Source of the DNA: an uncultured PS1 clade bacterium
GTDB lineage: Bacteria > Pseudomonadota > Gammaproteobacteria > PS1 > Pseudothioglobaceae
NCBI GenBank assembly: GCA_938086805.1
Contig: CALKDH010000023.1
Span: forward strand, 1-61,933
Reading direction: 5' to 3'
Length of the DNA stretch: 61,933 bases
Position numbers and translations under genes: made by a program
Shown here: piece by piece, positions 18,246-28,283 of the stretch
Layout of the letters: each line of letters opens with the position of its first letter
How positions within the stretch are numbered: position 1 is the stretch's first letter
Notes under the pieces: model-generated
Database searches by the model: none
Told to the model about the DNA's origin: nothing
What the model saw: the letters and a program-made list of their open reading frames with translations, nothing else

Positions 18246-19184
18246 ATGGCAATATTATTAGCATCTACTGACTTTTGGGAGGATATGGATGTCTGGTCTA
18301 GTAGCCTTCAAGAGGCAATGCCAGAGATGGATGTCAGAGTCTATCCGGATGAGGGTAATGTTAATGATATCGAGTATGCAGTGGTCTGGAAGCACCCAAG
18401 GGGAATTCTGAAACAATACCCCAATTTAAAAGCGATTCTATCTTTAGGTGCTGGAGTCGACCACGTAATTAGTGATCCAGAATTGCCAGATGGGCTTCCC
18501 ATAGTTCGACTGGTTGATAAAAAATTAACCCATGAAATGATTCTGCATTCGCTTCACTGGGTTTTGCATTTTCATAGTGACCAGTATCTTTATAGAATTC
18601 AGCAACAAAGTCGTGATTGGATTCAGCAAAGCTCAGTGCAATCAGAGAATCGTACTATTGGAATCATGGGTCTAGGCAACATTGGCAAGGCAATTGGCGA
18701 CTCACTTATTAATTTAGACTTTAAGGTTATTGGTTGGGGCGCAAGTCCAAAAAGTTCACTTGGGGAAATTGAATATTATTATGGCCAGGAGCAGCTATCA
18801 GGGTTTCTTAGTCAAACTGATATACTCATTAATGTTCTGCCATTAACTGAAAATACTAAAGATATATTGACCAAATCTGAGCTTAGTTATCTTCCTAAAG
18901 GCTCGTTCATCATTAACATTGGAAGGGGTGGTATTATCAATGAGAATGACTTGTTATCCATATTGGATACTGGACACGTTGCTGCTGCAGCTTTGGACGT
19001 GTTCGCAGAAGAGCCACTCCCTGAAAATAATTCACTTTGGAGCCACCCTTCTGTGTATGTGACTCCTCATATCGCGGGTCAAAGCAATCCTAGTTCTGCG
19101 GCAAAAACAATCGCTGAAAATATTCAGCTTATTGAAATGGGAGAGCTCCCTTATCCCATATATAGCTTGGATAGTGGGTATTAG
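18246..19184 (+). CDS. ghrA: Glyoxylate/hydroxypyruvate reductase A
   Basis: SLGAGVDH, GIMGLGNIG, INIGRG, LDVFAEEPLP, TPHIA. Confidence 0.85.
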   Translation: MAILLASTDFWEDMDVWSSSLQEAMPEMDVRVYPDEGNVNDIEYAVVWKHPRGILKQYPNLKAILSLGAGVDHVISDPELPDGLPIVRLVDKKLTHEMILHSLHWVLHFHSDQYLYRIQQQSRDWIQQSSVQSENRTIGIMGLGNIGKAIGDSLINLDFKVIGWGASPKSSLGEIEYYYGQEQLSGFLSQTDILINVLPLTENTKDILTKSELSYLPKGSFIINIGRGGIINENDLLSILDTGHVAAAALDVFAEEPLPENNSLWSHPSVYVTPHIAGQSNPSSAAKTIAENIQLIEMGELPYPIYSLDSGY

Positions 19185-19346
19185 TGAAAACTATATTTGG
19201 CTAAATTATTTGCCAAGATTTTATTCTAAATTAGAGGAATTATATTTAGGTTATACTAATCATGTTATTTATATGAATTCATGGGCAATTGAATTCAACT
19301 AAAAACACTAATCTTATATAATATTGTTTTTTTGAGACAAAAACTA

Positions 19347-20471
19347 ATGTCTGTAGGAAGTGAAATAAGAAAAACCCCATTTCATCAAATGCATGTTGAT
19401 GCAGGTGCAAAAATGGTTCCTTTTGCTGGCTATGAAATGCCAGTGAGTTACCCTCTTGGAATAAAAAAAGAACACACTCACACAAGAGAAAGAGCTGGGC
19501 TCTTTGATGTATCTCACATGGGGCAAATTAGATTATCTGGTGAGCAGGTTATGGCTGCTTTGGAGTCTTTAGTTCCAGTGGATATTATCGACTTGCCTAA
19601 AATGAAGACGCGTTATGCTCTTTTTACAAATGAAAATGGTGGGGTGCTTGATGATTTGATGGTTACAAATCTTGGAGATAATAGTTTATTTCTAGTTGTC
19701 AATGCTGCATGTAAATATGCTGACTTTAAACATCTTCAAGATCATTTGGGTTCAAGCTGTGAATTAGAATTAGATGATGATTTAGCCTTGTTGGCATTAC
19801 AAGGTCCAAAAGCTGCTAAGGTTTTAAGTGGGCTTGCTCCTGCGGTCAATGAGATGACATTTATGACTGCCAAGCAGGTAATGATTAATGACATCAGTTG
19901 TTTTATTACTCGCTCTGGATATACAGGGGAGGATGGTTTTGAAATCTCAGTTTCAAGCCAAGATGCTGAAAATCTTGCAGATATATTACTCTCAAGTGAT
20001 GAGGTTGATTGGATAGGTCTTGGAGCTAGAGACTCTCTTCGTCTTGAAGCTGGCTTATCTTTATATGGACATGAACTGGATACTTCACATAGTCCTGTAG
20101 AGTCATCTTTGAATTGGGCGCTTTCAAAAGTAAGAAGGTTAGGTGGAGAGCGCGAGGGTAATTATTTAGGTGATAAAATTATTTTGAATCAACTTCAACA
20201 TGGCTCAGATACAAAAGTAGTTGGTTTACTTCCAGAAGGAAGGATGCCGGTTAGAGATGGGGCAATAATTCAGGATGAAAATGGAAATCAAATTGGATAT
20301 GTCACAAGTGGTGGTTTTGGCCCAACTTTAAATAAGCCAATATCTATAGCAAGACTGGAGACAAAATATACAAATAGCCAGTCCAAACTTTTTGCGCTGG
20401 TCAGAGAGAAGAAAATAGCAGTTGAGATTATAAAACTGCCATTTGTTAAACACAACTATTACAGAGGTTAA
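19347..20471 (+). CDS. gcvT: Glycine cleavage system aminomethyltransferase T
   Basis: FAGYEMP, LFDVSHMGQ, RSGYTGEDGFEI, GLGARDSLRLEAG. Confidence 0.95.
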   Translation: MSVGSEIRKTPFHQMHVDAGAKMVPFAGYEMPVSYPLGIKKEHTHTRERAGLFDVSHMGQIRLSGEQVMAALESLVPVDIIDLPKMKTRYALFTNENGGVLDDLMVTNLGDNSLFLVVNAACKYADFKHLQDHLGSSCELELDDDLALLALQGPKAAKVLSGLAPAVNEMTFMTAKQVMINDISCFITRSGYTGEDGFEISVSSQDAENLADILLSSDEVDWIGLGARDSLRLEAGLSLYGHELDTSHSPVESSLNWALSKVRRLGGEREGNYLGDKIILNQLQHGSDTKVVGLLPEGRMPVRDGAIIQDENGNQIGYVTSGGFGPTLNKPISIARLETKYTNSQSKLFALVREKKIAVEIIKLPFVKHNYYRG

Positions 20472-20490
20472 ACATTAATAAGGAGAAGTA

Positions 20491-20862
20491 ATGAGTATTA
20501 AGTATTCTGAAGATCATGAATGGGTTGATGCTAAAGAAGATGATTTAGTAGTAATTGGAATCACGGATTTTGCTCAAGAGCAATTGGGTGATTTGGTGTA
20601 CGTAGAGCTCCCGGAAGTTGGTGATGAGTGCACAAAGGGTGAAAATATATCTGTCATTGAATCAGTGAAAGCTGCTTCTGATTTGGTTGCGCCAGTCTCT
20701 GGTTCAATTATTGAAGTGAACAGCAGATTAGAGGATGAGCCAGAGATTGTGACTGAGGATTCAATGGGCGAAGGTTGGTTTATTAAGGTTAAGTTATCAG
20801 ACCCAGCAGAGCTAGATGAGTTGATGGATGAAGAGGCATACAACGCATTTATTGAAGAATAG
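20491..20862 (+). CDS. gcvH: Glycine cleavage system H protein
   Basis: [15 protein letters not shown], lipoyl Lys in ESVKAASD. Confidence 0.95.
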   Translation: MSIKYSEDHEWVDAKEDDLVVIGITDFAQEQLGDLVYVELPEVGDECTKGENISVIESVKAASDLVAPVSGSIIEVNSRLEDEPEIVTEDSMGEGWFIKVKLSDPAELDELMDEEAYNAFIEE

Positions 20863-20884
20863 AAGAACTGAAAGAGAGAAGTTA

Positions 20885-23737
20885 ATGAAGGATAAGATTG
20901 AAGATTTATTGAATAATGATGCTTTTACTAATAGGCATATTGGATCATCAAGCGCACAAAAAAATCAAATGCTTGACTATCTTGGTTTTGATAACTTAGA
21001 TAAATTAATTGATGAAATAGTGCCAGATGTTATACGTCGAAAAGAGCCGATGAACATTGCTGATGGAATGTCAGAACTTGCTGCGCTTAAACAGCTCAGA
21101 AATCTAGCAAGAATGAATATTCGTTATAAGTCTTTTATTGGCCAGGGCTATTACAACTCTATTACACCTCCAGTCATCCAACGAAATGTTGAAGAAAATC
21201 CAGCTTGGTATACTGCTTATACTCCATATCAACCAGAGATTTCTCAAGGTCGCCTTGAAGCTCTAATGAACTTCCAAACAATGGTCTCTGATCTCACTGG
21301 AATGGATTTAGCAAATGCCTCTATGCTAGATGAGGCAACTGCTTGTGCAGAAGCTATGACGCTAAGCCATAGAGTAAGTAAGTCTAAAAGCAATGTGTTT
21401 TTTGTTGCAAATGACTGCTATGCTCAGAATCTGGAGGTTATTAAGACTAGAGCTGAGCCGTTAAATATTGAAATAGTTTTTGGGGATCCCCTCAAAGATT
21501 TGAAAGACCTAGATTGTTTTGGTGTTCTTCTTCAGTACCCAAATACTTATGGTGCTTTTAGTGATTTTACAAAGCTGATAGAATCTATTCATGAGAAGAA
21601 GGCACTTGTCGCAGTGAGTGCTGACATACTGGCTTTAACACTTCTGAGGCCACCTGGTGAGATGGGTGCTGATATTGTAGTTGGCAATACTCAAAGATTT
21701 GGGGTTCCAATTGGTTATGGAGGTCCTCATGCAGCTTATATGTCGACCAGAGACAAATATAAACGGTCAATGCCTGGAAGAATTATTGGTGCTTCAGTTG
21801 ATACAAAAGGAAGGCTTGCATACCGACTAGCATTACAAACCCGGGAGCAACACATAAGAAGAGAGAAAGCTACAAGTAACATTTGTACTGCGCAAGCTTT
21901 ATTGGCTATTATGGCTAGTATGTATGCTGTCTATCATGGTCCAGAGGGATTAAGAAACATTGCTCGGCGTATTTTTAAATATGCAGCTGTCTTTGCTGAT
22001 GGTATGAAGGATATGGGCTTTCATGTTGTTAATGACACTTTTTTTGATACTCTTACAATTGAGGTTAAAAATTCAGATGCAATAGTGATGCAAGCTGAAA
22101 AAAATGGATACAACATTAATGTATTTAGTAAAACGCTTGTCTCAGTCTCGTTTGATGAACTTAGTACTCCAGAAGACATAGAGTACTTATGGAGAATTTT
22201 TAATACTGAATCAGAATTAAGCGCGCAGTCATTATTTGAAAAAAGTAAATCAAAAATTAAAAAAAGTTTAAAGAGGGAATCTGATTTTCTTACGCATGAG
22301 GTCTTTAATACTTATCGTTCTGAAACCAACATGATGAGATATATTCGGTACCTTGGAGATAAAGATATTGCACTGGATCGATCTATGATTCCACTGGGCT
22401 CCTGCACCATGAAACTTAATGCTGCAGCAGAGCTGATACCAGTGAGTTGGCCAGAATTTTCTCAAATTCATCCAGCAGTCCCTATGAACCAGGTGATTGG
22501 ATACCAGCAGATGATTAGTGAGCTTGAGGAGATGCTATGTGAGGCAACTGGATACGCAGCAATTTCACTTCAGCCTAATTCTGGAGCTCAGGGAGAATAT
22601 GCTGGATTAATTGCAATAAGGGGATATCATCGAAGCAGGGGTGATGACAATCGAAATATCTGCTTGATTCCATCATCAGCTCACGGAACAAATCCTGCCT
22701 CTGCTCAGATGGCCGGAATGAAAGTCATAGTCATTGATAGCACTGATGATGGTAATATCGACCTTGAAGATTTGAGAGCAAAAACCAAAGAGCATGAAGA
22801 AAATCTTGCAGCGATAATGATTACATATCCTTCTACTCATGGGGTGTTTGAAAAAGACGTGAGAGAAGTTTGTAATATTGTTCATGATGCTGGTGGACAA
22901 GTCTATATTGACGGAGCAAACATGAATGCAATGGTTGGTGTCTCGGCTCCTGGAGAGTTTGGTGGTGATGTCTCACACCTTAATCTTCATAAGACATTTG
23001 CTATACCTCATGGTGGGGGTGGCCCAGGTGTTGGACCAATTGGAGTTAAAGAACATCTCATCGATTTTTTACCAAGAACACCTCTAAATAATACAGATGT
23101 TGGCAGCATTTCTGGGGCTCCTTGGGGCTCAGGAAGCATCCTTCCAATTAGCTGGATGTATATAGCTATGCTTGGAAAAGATGGCCTCTATGAGTCAACA
23201 TGTAACGCCATTCTTAATGCAAACTATATTGCTAAGCGTCTTGCGGAGCATTATCCGATTCTATATTCTGATGAGAATGGAAGGATTGCACATGAGTGTA
23301 TTATCGACATTAGGCCGATTAAGGACACTGTTGGAATAAGTGTTGATGATGTAGCTAAACGTCTCATAGATTTTGGTTTTCACGCACCAACAATGTCTTT
23401 TCCTGTAGCAGGAACGTTGATGATTGAGCCAACAGAGTCGGAGTCTATGGATGAGCTTGATCGATTCTGTGAAGCAATGATTCAAATAAGAAAAGAAATC
23501 AAAAAGGTTGAATCGGGTGAATACTCTACTGAAGATAATCCATTAATTAATTCGCCACACACTCTAGAAATGGTAACATCAACGCAATGGGAGTTTTCAT
23601 ACTCCAGAGAAGAGGCAGCTTATCCAGTCGAGAGCCTAAGGCGAGTGAAGTACTGGCCGCCAGTGTCTAGAGTGGATAATGTCTATGGCGATAAGAATTT
23701 AGTTTGTTCTTGTCCAAGCATTGAAGATTATAAGTAG
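20885..23737 (+). CDS. gcvP: Glycine dehydrogenase (decarboxylating), P protein
   Basis: [47 protein letters not shown] at 20885. Confidence 0.96.
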   Translation: MKDKIEDLLNNDAFTNRHIGSSSAQKNQMLDYLGFDNLDKLIDEIVPDVIRRKEPMNIADGMSELAALKQLRNLARMNIRYKSFIGQGYYNSITPPVIQRNVEENPAWYTAYTPYQPEISQGRLEALMNFQTMVSDLTGMDLANASMLDEATACAEAMTLSHRVSKSKSNVFFVANDCYAQNLEVIKTRAEPLNIEIVFGDPLKDLKDLDCFGVLLQYPNTYGAFSDFTKLIESIHEKKALVAVSADILALTLLRPPGEMGADIVVGNTQRFGVPIGYGGPHAAYMSTRDKYKRSMPGRIIGASVDTKGRLAYRLALQTREQHIRREKATSNICTAQALLAIMASMYAVYHGPEGLRNIARRIFKYAAVFADGMKDMGFHVVNDTFFDTLTIEVKNSDAIVMQAEKNGYNINVFSKTLVSVSFDELSTPEDIEYLWRIFNTESELSAQSLFEKSKSKIKKSLKRESDFLTHEVFNTYRSETNMMRYIRYLGDKDIALDRSMIPLGSCTMKLNAAAELIPVSWPEFSQIHPAVPMNQVIGYQQMISELEEMLCEATGYAAISLQPNSGAQGEYAGLIAIRGYHRSRGDDNRNICLIPSSAHGTNPASAQMAGMKVIVIDSTDDGNIDLEDLRAKTKEHEENLAAIMITYPSTHGVFEKDVREVCNIVHDAGGQVYIDGANMNAMVGVSAPGEFGGDVSHLNLHKTFAIPHGGGGPGVGPIGVKEHLIDFLPRTPLNNTDVGSISGAPWGSGSILPISWMYIAMLGKDGLYESTCNAILNANYIAKRLAEHYPILYSDENGRIAHECIIDIRPIKDTVGISVDDVAKRLIDFGFHAPTMSFPVAGTLMIEPTESESMDELDRFCEAMIQIRKEIKKVESGEYSTEDNPLINSPHTLEMVTSTQWEFSYSREEAAYPVESLRRVKYWPPVSRVDNVYGDKNLVCSCPSIEDYK

Positions 23738-23743
23738 ATTTTT

Positions 23744-24262
23744 ATGAAATCATTCTTGATTAGCGTTTTGGGAGACGATAAGCCTGGACTTGTTGACGGC
23801 TTGTCAAAGATCATTGTTTCAAATAATGGAGACTGGATTGAAAGCAATATGTCTAGTTTTGAGGGTAAGTTTGCTGGAATTCTTAAAGTCAATGTCCCCT
23901 CAAGTGATGCTTCAAATCTAAAAAAAGATTTAACTACTGCTTCTTTAGGTCTTCAAATTGCTTGTGAAGAGACGCACCCGGTTGATGAGCTAAGTAATGT
24001 TAAAAGCTACAATATAGAGCTTATTGGACAAAATCATGTTGGCATTATTAATAAACTTTCCCATGTTTTGGCGGATGAGTTACAAGCTAATGTTGAAGAG
24101 TTAAAGACTGAAATTATCGATGCTTCGATGTCAGGAGAGCAACTTTTCAAAGCTGAAATTACACTTCATTTACCGAGTGATCTTGATGAAAATCTTGTTA
24201 GAGATAAGCTTGAGCTTATTGCTGATGAGATGATGGTTGAGATTTATTCATACGAGAGCTAG
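23744..24262 (+). CDS. GcvR-like tandem ACT domain protein
   Basis: GDDKPGLV and GQNHVGII ACT motifs; directly downstream of gcvP. Confidence 0.8.
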   Translation: MKSFLISVLGDDKPGLVDGLSKIIVSNNGDWIESNMSSFEGKFAGILKVNVPSSDASNLKKDLTTASLGLQIACEETHPVDELSNVKSYNIELIGQNHVGIINKLSHVLADELQANVEELKTEIIDASMSGEQLFKAEITLHLPSDLDENLVRDKLELIADEMMVEIYSYES

Positions 24263-24280
24263 GCCTAATTAAACCTGCAT

Positions 24281-25051
24281 CTAAAATTCTCCGTGGGCAA
24301 TAAAAGCGCTATTTCTGTAGCTTTTTTTTCCATAATTGAATGGTTGGTTATTTGGGAGTAAGACTGTACCGCCCGCTGCTCTCAATACGGCATCTCCCGC
24401 AGCAGTATCCCATTCCATTGTTGGTCCAAATCTAGGGTATACATCTGCTTCACCACAAGCGACCAAGCAAAATTTCAATGAAGAGCCTATTGAAATTGTC
24501 TCCCTAACATTGTTGCTTGTAAGCCACTGATCTGTTGATTCATCTCTATGGGATACGCTAGCAACTGCTACAGGACCCGAACTGGGAACTGCTCGTATTT
24601 TAATTTCTTTAAAGTCAACATCAGATTCTTCAAAGGCTCCTGTCAAGGTAGAGCCAAAAAACATTCGATTAAGTGCCGGTGCAAAAACAACACCTAAGGT
24701 AGGAATACCATTTTCAATAAGACCAATATTTACAGTAAATGAGCCAAGCCCATCTTTCTTTAGAAACTCTTTTGTACCATCAAGTGGATCAATCAGAAAA
24801 AATTGATTGCTAACATCTAAATCATGACTACTGGAATTCTCCTCAGAGACAATTGGGATATTAGGAATGATGTTCTTAAGTCTACTTAAAATGACTTTAT
24901 CCGCAGCTTTATCCGCAAGGGTGACCGGCGAACCATCATCTTTGTAGTTAACGTCAAATGAACTTTCATAAATCTTCATTATCTCGCGACCTGCATCTCG
25001 AGCTACTAACTTTAACTCATCAAGTAATTGTGGATATTCTATTGTTTTCAT
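24281..25051 (-). CDS. cysQ: 3'(2'),5'-bisphosphate nucleotidase CysQ, paralog 1
   Basis: KDDGSPVT.AD, SEE, IDPLDGTKEF, GSSLK, MEWDTAAG. Confidence 0.9.
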   Translation of the reverse strand: MKTIEYPQLLDELKLVARDAGREIMKIYESSFDVNYKDDGSPVTLADKAADKVILSRLKNIIPNIPIVSEENSSSHDLDVSNQFFLIDPLDGTKEFLKKDGLGSFTVNIGLIENGIPTLGVVFAPALNRMFFGSTLTGAFEESDVDFKEIKIRAVPSSGPVAVASVSHRDESTDQWLTSNNVRETISIGSSLKFCLVACGEADVYPRFGPTMEWDTAAGDAVLRAAGGTVLLPNNQPFNYGKKSYRNSAFIAHGEF

Positions 25052-25157
25052 TATTTAATCAAGTATATCTAGTTAATTCTTGAAAATATACCAACACAAA
25101 GGAAATAGAACTTGATAAAAATTTGATTTATAAATTGATAATTTAAATCCCAAGGGT

Positions 25158-26363
25158 TTAAACAATAATGTTGTTCTCTGGGCCATATGGAAACTGAGTA
25201 ATATCATAGGCACTATCTTCAGTCAGAACCATAACATCATGTTCTCTATATCCTCCTGCGCCAGGCTTACCTTCAGGAATCATGATCATAGGCTCCATAG
25301 ATACGACCATATTTTTTTGAAGGACTGTATCAATATCTTCTCTAAGCTCAACACCAGCTTCGCGCCCATAGTAATGAGATAGAACTCCAAATGAATGGCC
25401 ATATCCAAATGTTCTACTTTCGAGTAAGCCATATTCTTCAAAAATTTTGTTAAGCTCAAGAGCTATATCTTTGCAAGCGACACCTGGTTTGATGAGCTTC
25501 ATTCCTTCTTCGTGGACTTTTACATTAATCTCCCACAACCTCAAGGACTCATCATCCACATGGTCGTAAAACAAGGTTCTTTCAAGTGCTACATAGTATC
25601 CAGCAATCATTGAAAAGCAATTAAGACTGAGAATATCACCTTTTTGAACTTTTCTTGTCGTCACAGGGTTATGAGCACCATCAGTGTTGATTCCAGATTG
25701 AAACCAAGTCCATGTATCCATTAGCTCTGAGTGAGGATAGCGCTTTGCAATTTCTCTAACCATGGCTTGAGTTGAGTGAAGTGCCACCTCATGTTCAGGA
25801 ACACCCTCTTTAATTGCTTCGACAAGAGCTGCTCCACCAATATCACAAACATTAGCGCCCTGAATAATGTGAGCTATTTCCTCATCAGATTTAACTGATC
25901 GCATTTTCATACAGTCGACAGAAATATCAATAAATTGTGCTTTGTCAAAGGCAACATGAAGTTTATCGAGACGTTCCTTAGTAATATGATCAAACTCGAT
26001 ACCAATTTTTTCACCATTCTTAACAATCTGCTGAAGCGCGTAAAAAAAACTGTCTTTTTGCCAGTCTGTGTAGACAAGATTGTCACCAAATGTCCTCCTG
26101 AAAGGTTGACCACCATCAATATTGGCTGTAACTGAAGTGACTTTATCTTGTGTAACAACCAGTGCATATGGTCTTCCAAAAGAACAGTAAAGGAAGTCAC
26201 TGTAGTAATTAATACCATGTATAGAGGTAAAAATTATTGTACCTATATTGTTTTGAGCCATATGCGCCCTCAGTTTTCTTTGCCTATTTTGGTATTCTGC
26301 ATCACTGAATGTGTGAGCTATAGTGTCACCATTAGGAATGTTAATTGTTCTTGGCATTTTCAT
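25158..26363 (-). CDS. Creatinase (creatine amidinohydrolase, M24 fold)
   Basis: Blocks INYYSDFLYCSFGRPY, DTWTWFQSGINTDGAHNPVTTRKV, YGREAGVELREDI, GGYREHD closely match Pseudomonas creatinase as recalled. Confidence 0.92.
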   Translation of the reverse strand: MKMPRTINIPNGDTIAHTFSDAEYQNRQRKLRAHMAQNNIGTIIFTSIHGINYYSDFLYCSFGRPYALVVTQDKVTSVTANIDGGQPFRRTFGDNLVYTDWQKDSFFYALQQIVKNGEKIGIEFDHITKERLDKLHVAFDKAQFIDISVDCMKMRSVKSDEEIAHIIQGANVCDIGGAALVEAIKEGVPEHEVALHSTQAMVREIAKRYPHSELMDTWTWFQSGINTDGAHNPVTTRKVQKGDILSLNCFSMIAGYYVALERTLFYDHVDDESLRLWEINVKVHEEGMKLIKPGVACKDIALELNKIFEEYGLLESRTFGYGHSFGVLSHYYGREAGVELREDIDTVLQKNMVVSMEPMIMIPEGKPGAGGYREHDVMVLTEDSAYDITQFPYGPENNIIV

Positions 26364-26414
26364 AGCGGCTCCTGTATATGTGTTAATTTGTGCGGATGTT
26401 AGACAATTTCTTAA

Positions 26415-26443
26415 AGTATAGCAAGCTTTTTTTAGATAACCAA
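26415..26443 (-). promoter_or_regulatory. Putative sigma70 promoter of the creatinase gene
   Basis: Minus strand TTGGTT-N17-TATACT with extended TGn; AGGAG Shine-Dalgarno before the ATG. Confidence 0.5.
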
Positions 26444-26470
26444 GTTTAGACCAACAGATTGAAGAGACTT

Positions 26471-27349
26471 TTAGGCAACTCTTTCCCTAGTCTTGCTCAA
26501 TAAATTTTCACGAACAAAAGTATAAACACCTGATGCAACAATAATGGATGCTCCAAGAAGCGTCATCATATCGGGTCTTTCGGAGAGGACAATAATTGAA
26601 AGTAGCATGGCGAATACGAGTCTTGAATATCTGAATGGTGAAATAACTGACATTTCACCAGTTCTAGCTGCAATAACAATTGAGTAATATGCGATTACAC
26701 CAAAGGCCGATGCACCAGCAAAATATAAAATTTCATTGGAGCTAGGCAATAACATCTCTGAACTGAACGGTATTAACATGATGCCAGAAACACCAAATGC
26801 CAAGAAGGCATATAAGGAGATAGTTACAGATGGCAATTTCACTTCAATTGCTCGAGTCGCAAGATCTCTTCCAGCTAAAAAAGTAGCACCTAGTAATGCA
26901 AAAATAGAGGCTGGCATAAAGTTTCCAAAGCCAGGTCGGAGAATCAGTAAAACACCAAGAAAACCAACAAAAACTGCTGTCCATCTGCGCCAACCAACCT
27001 TTTCTTTGAAGAAGATAGCTGCTCCAATAGTGACTAATAAAGGCATGACCTGAATGATCGCTGATGCCGAAGATAGCGGTGTTAAAGCAATAGCAAGAAC
27101 AAAAAATAAAGCACCAAAAAGCTCACATAAAGTGCGAACAATAATGGGAGTATTCAACATATCCTTATGGAAAATTGGAGCCTTTGTCAATAACCCAATG
27201 ATGAGAAATATAATGCTTCCACTGAATCCAAGAATAATAATAATCTCAGAAATTGGAAGATTTTCTGAGAGCATCTTAATAAATAAATCCTCACATGCAA
27301 AGCCTGCCATCGCGAGAATCATAAATAAACTCCCCTTTAAATTCTCCAT
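26471..27349 (-). CDS. DMT/EamA family transporter
   Basis: About 10 hydrophobic segments; KEKVGWRRW, SPFRYSRL. Confidence 0.88.
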   Translation of the reverse strand: MENLKGSLFMILAMAGFACEDLFIKMLSENLPISEIIIILGFSGSIIFLIIGLLTKAPIFHKDMLNTPIIVRTLCELFGALFFVLAIALTPLSSASAIIQVMPLLVTIGAAIFFKEKVGWRRWTAVFVGFLGVLLILRPGFGNFMPASIFALLGATFLAGRDLATRAIEVKLPSVTISLYAFLAFGVSGIMLIPFSSEMLLPSSNEILYFAGASAFGVIAYYSIVIAARTGEMSVISPFRYSRLVFAMLLSIIVLSERPDMMTLLGASIIVASGVYTFVRENLLSKTRERVA

Positions 27350-27378
27350 CTCATTTCAAAGTAATTCAAAGTTGAATT

Positions 27379-28242
27379 TTAACTGGAGCCATGATTTCTT
27401 GAGTACTTATTTTGTGCTTCGGGAGTCCATTGACTTAATGCACCTTCAGCAGGTTGAAAAATGTCAACTTGAAGTGGATAGCATTTGGCAGCATCACTTG
27501 AATGACTCGAGCTGCAATCGCCTCCTGGACAAGCTGATAATCCACAGAGAAGATCAATTTCAGCAAAGAATTCTATAAAGTCATCTGGACGAACTGGACT
27601 AGCTTTCATGAAATACTGATGGGTGTCTTTTGTAAATCCAGTGCACATAAAGACATTGAGTACATCATGAACATGATGCTCGATTTCATTAATTGGTTTT
27701 TGTTGTTGCTTTGAAAGCGCCCTGCACAGGTTAGAGTGACAACAATAATGATACTCCTCATTATTTAATGCAATATGTGTATAGGGGTCACATCGAGTTC
27801 CAATAACATCATGGACGCTTCCCCCATCATCATCATATCCATACCAGTCAAGACTGTCATGAGTAATTGTAGCCATAGGTCTTAAAAATGGCAGGTTTGA
27901 ATATAGTCTATCTCCAGTACTTACATGGGTCCCATATAGTGCACGCGTTTTGCCACTAAAGAATCGTTCATCGATATTATTTTTATTCCATAAATTTAAA
28001 TCACCCACTTGTGGACCCTCTTTGCTAATAATTCGAAAAAAATGACCAGCGGGAACTTCAAAAGTTTTGGCATCTCTAGGAGGAATAATGATAGATTCTA
28101 TTAGATTCATTTTCTTACTTGCAGTTTTATAAAAAGTTGCATCAAAAACTGGAAGATTATCAATAGGATAAGATATTACTGGTTTTATAGAACGCCGAAT
28201 TTCAGCATCATTCGGTTCTGGACTTAGATTAATTATTTTCAT
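27379..28242 (-). CDS. DUF1989 / urea carboxylase-associated family protein
   Basis: GPQVGDLNLW, HDVIGTRCD, CCHSNL, HDVLNVFMCTG, LSACPGGDCS. Confidence 0.85.
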   Translation of the reverse strand: MKIINLSPEPNDAEIRRSIKPVISYPIDNLPVFDATFYKTASKKMNLIESIIIPPRDAKTFEVPAGHFFRIISKEGPQVGDLNLWNKNNIDERFFSGKTRALYGTHVSTGDRLYSNLPFLRPMATITHDSLDWYGYDDDGGSVHDVIGTRCDPYTHIALNNEEYHYCCHSNLCRALSKQQQKPINEIEHHVHDVLNVFMCTGFTKDTHQYFMKASPVRPDDFIEFFAEIDLLCGLSACPGGDCSSSHSSDAAKCYPLQVDIFQPAEGALSQWTPEAQNKYSRNHGSS

Positions 28243-28283
28243 ATTTGTCTCCTATTAAAAGAGCTATATTTAGTGGCACTATT

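Noticed and set aside
19185-19346. Glycine riboswitch upstream of gcvT
   Set aside because: No GGAGA...CCGAAG...CTCAGG aptamer elements; the spacer is very AT-rich.
28243-28283. Guanidine riboswitch before the DUF1989 gene
   Set aside because: The spacer is only 41 nt and lacks the ACGR hairpins or ykkC motifs.
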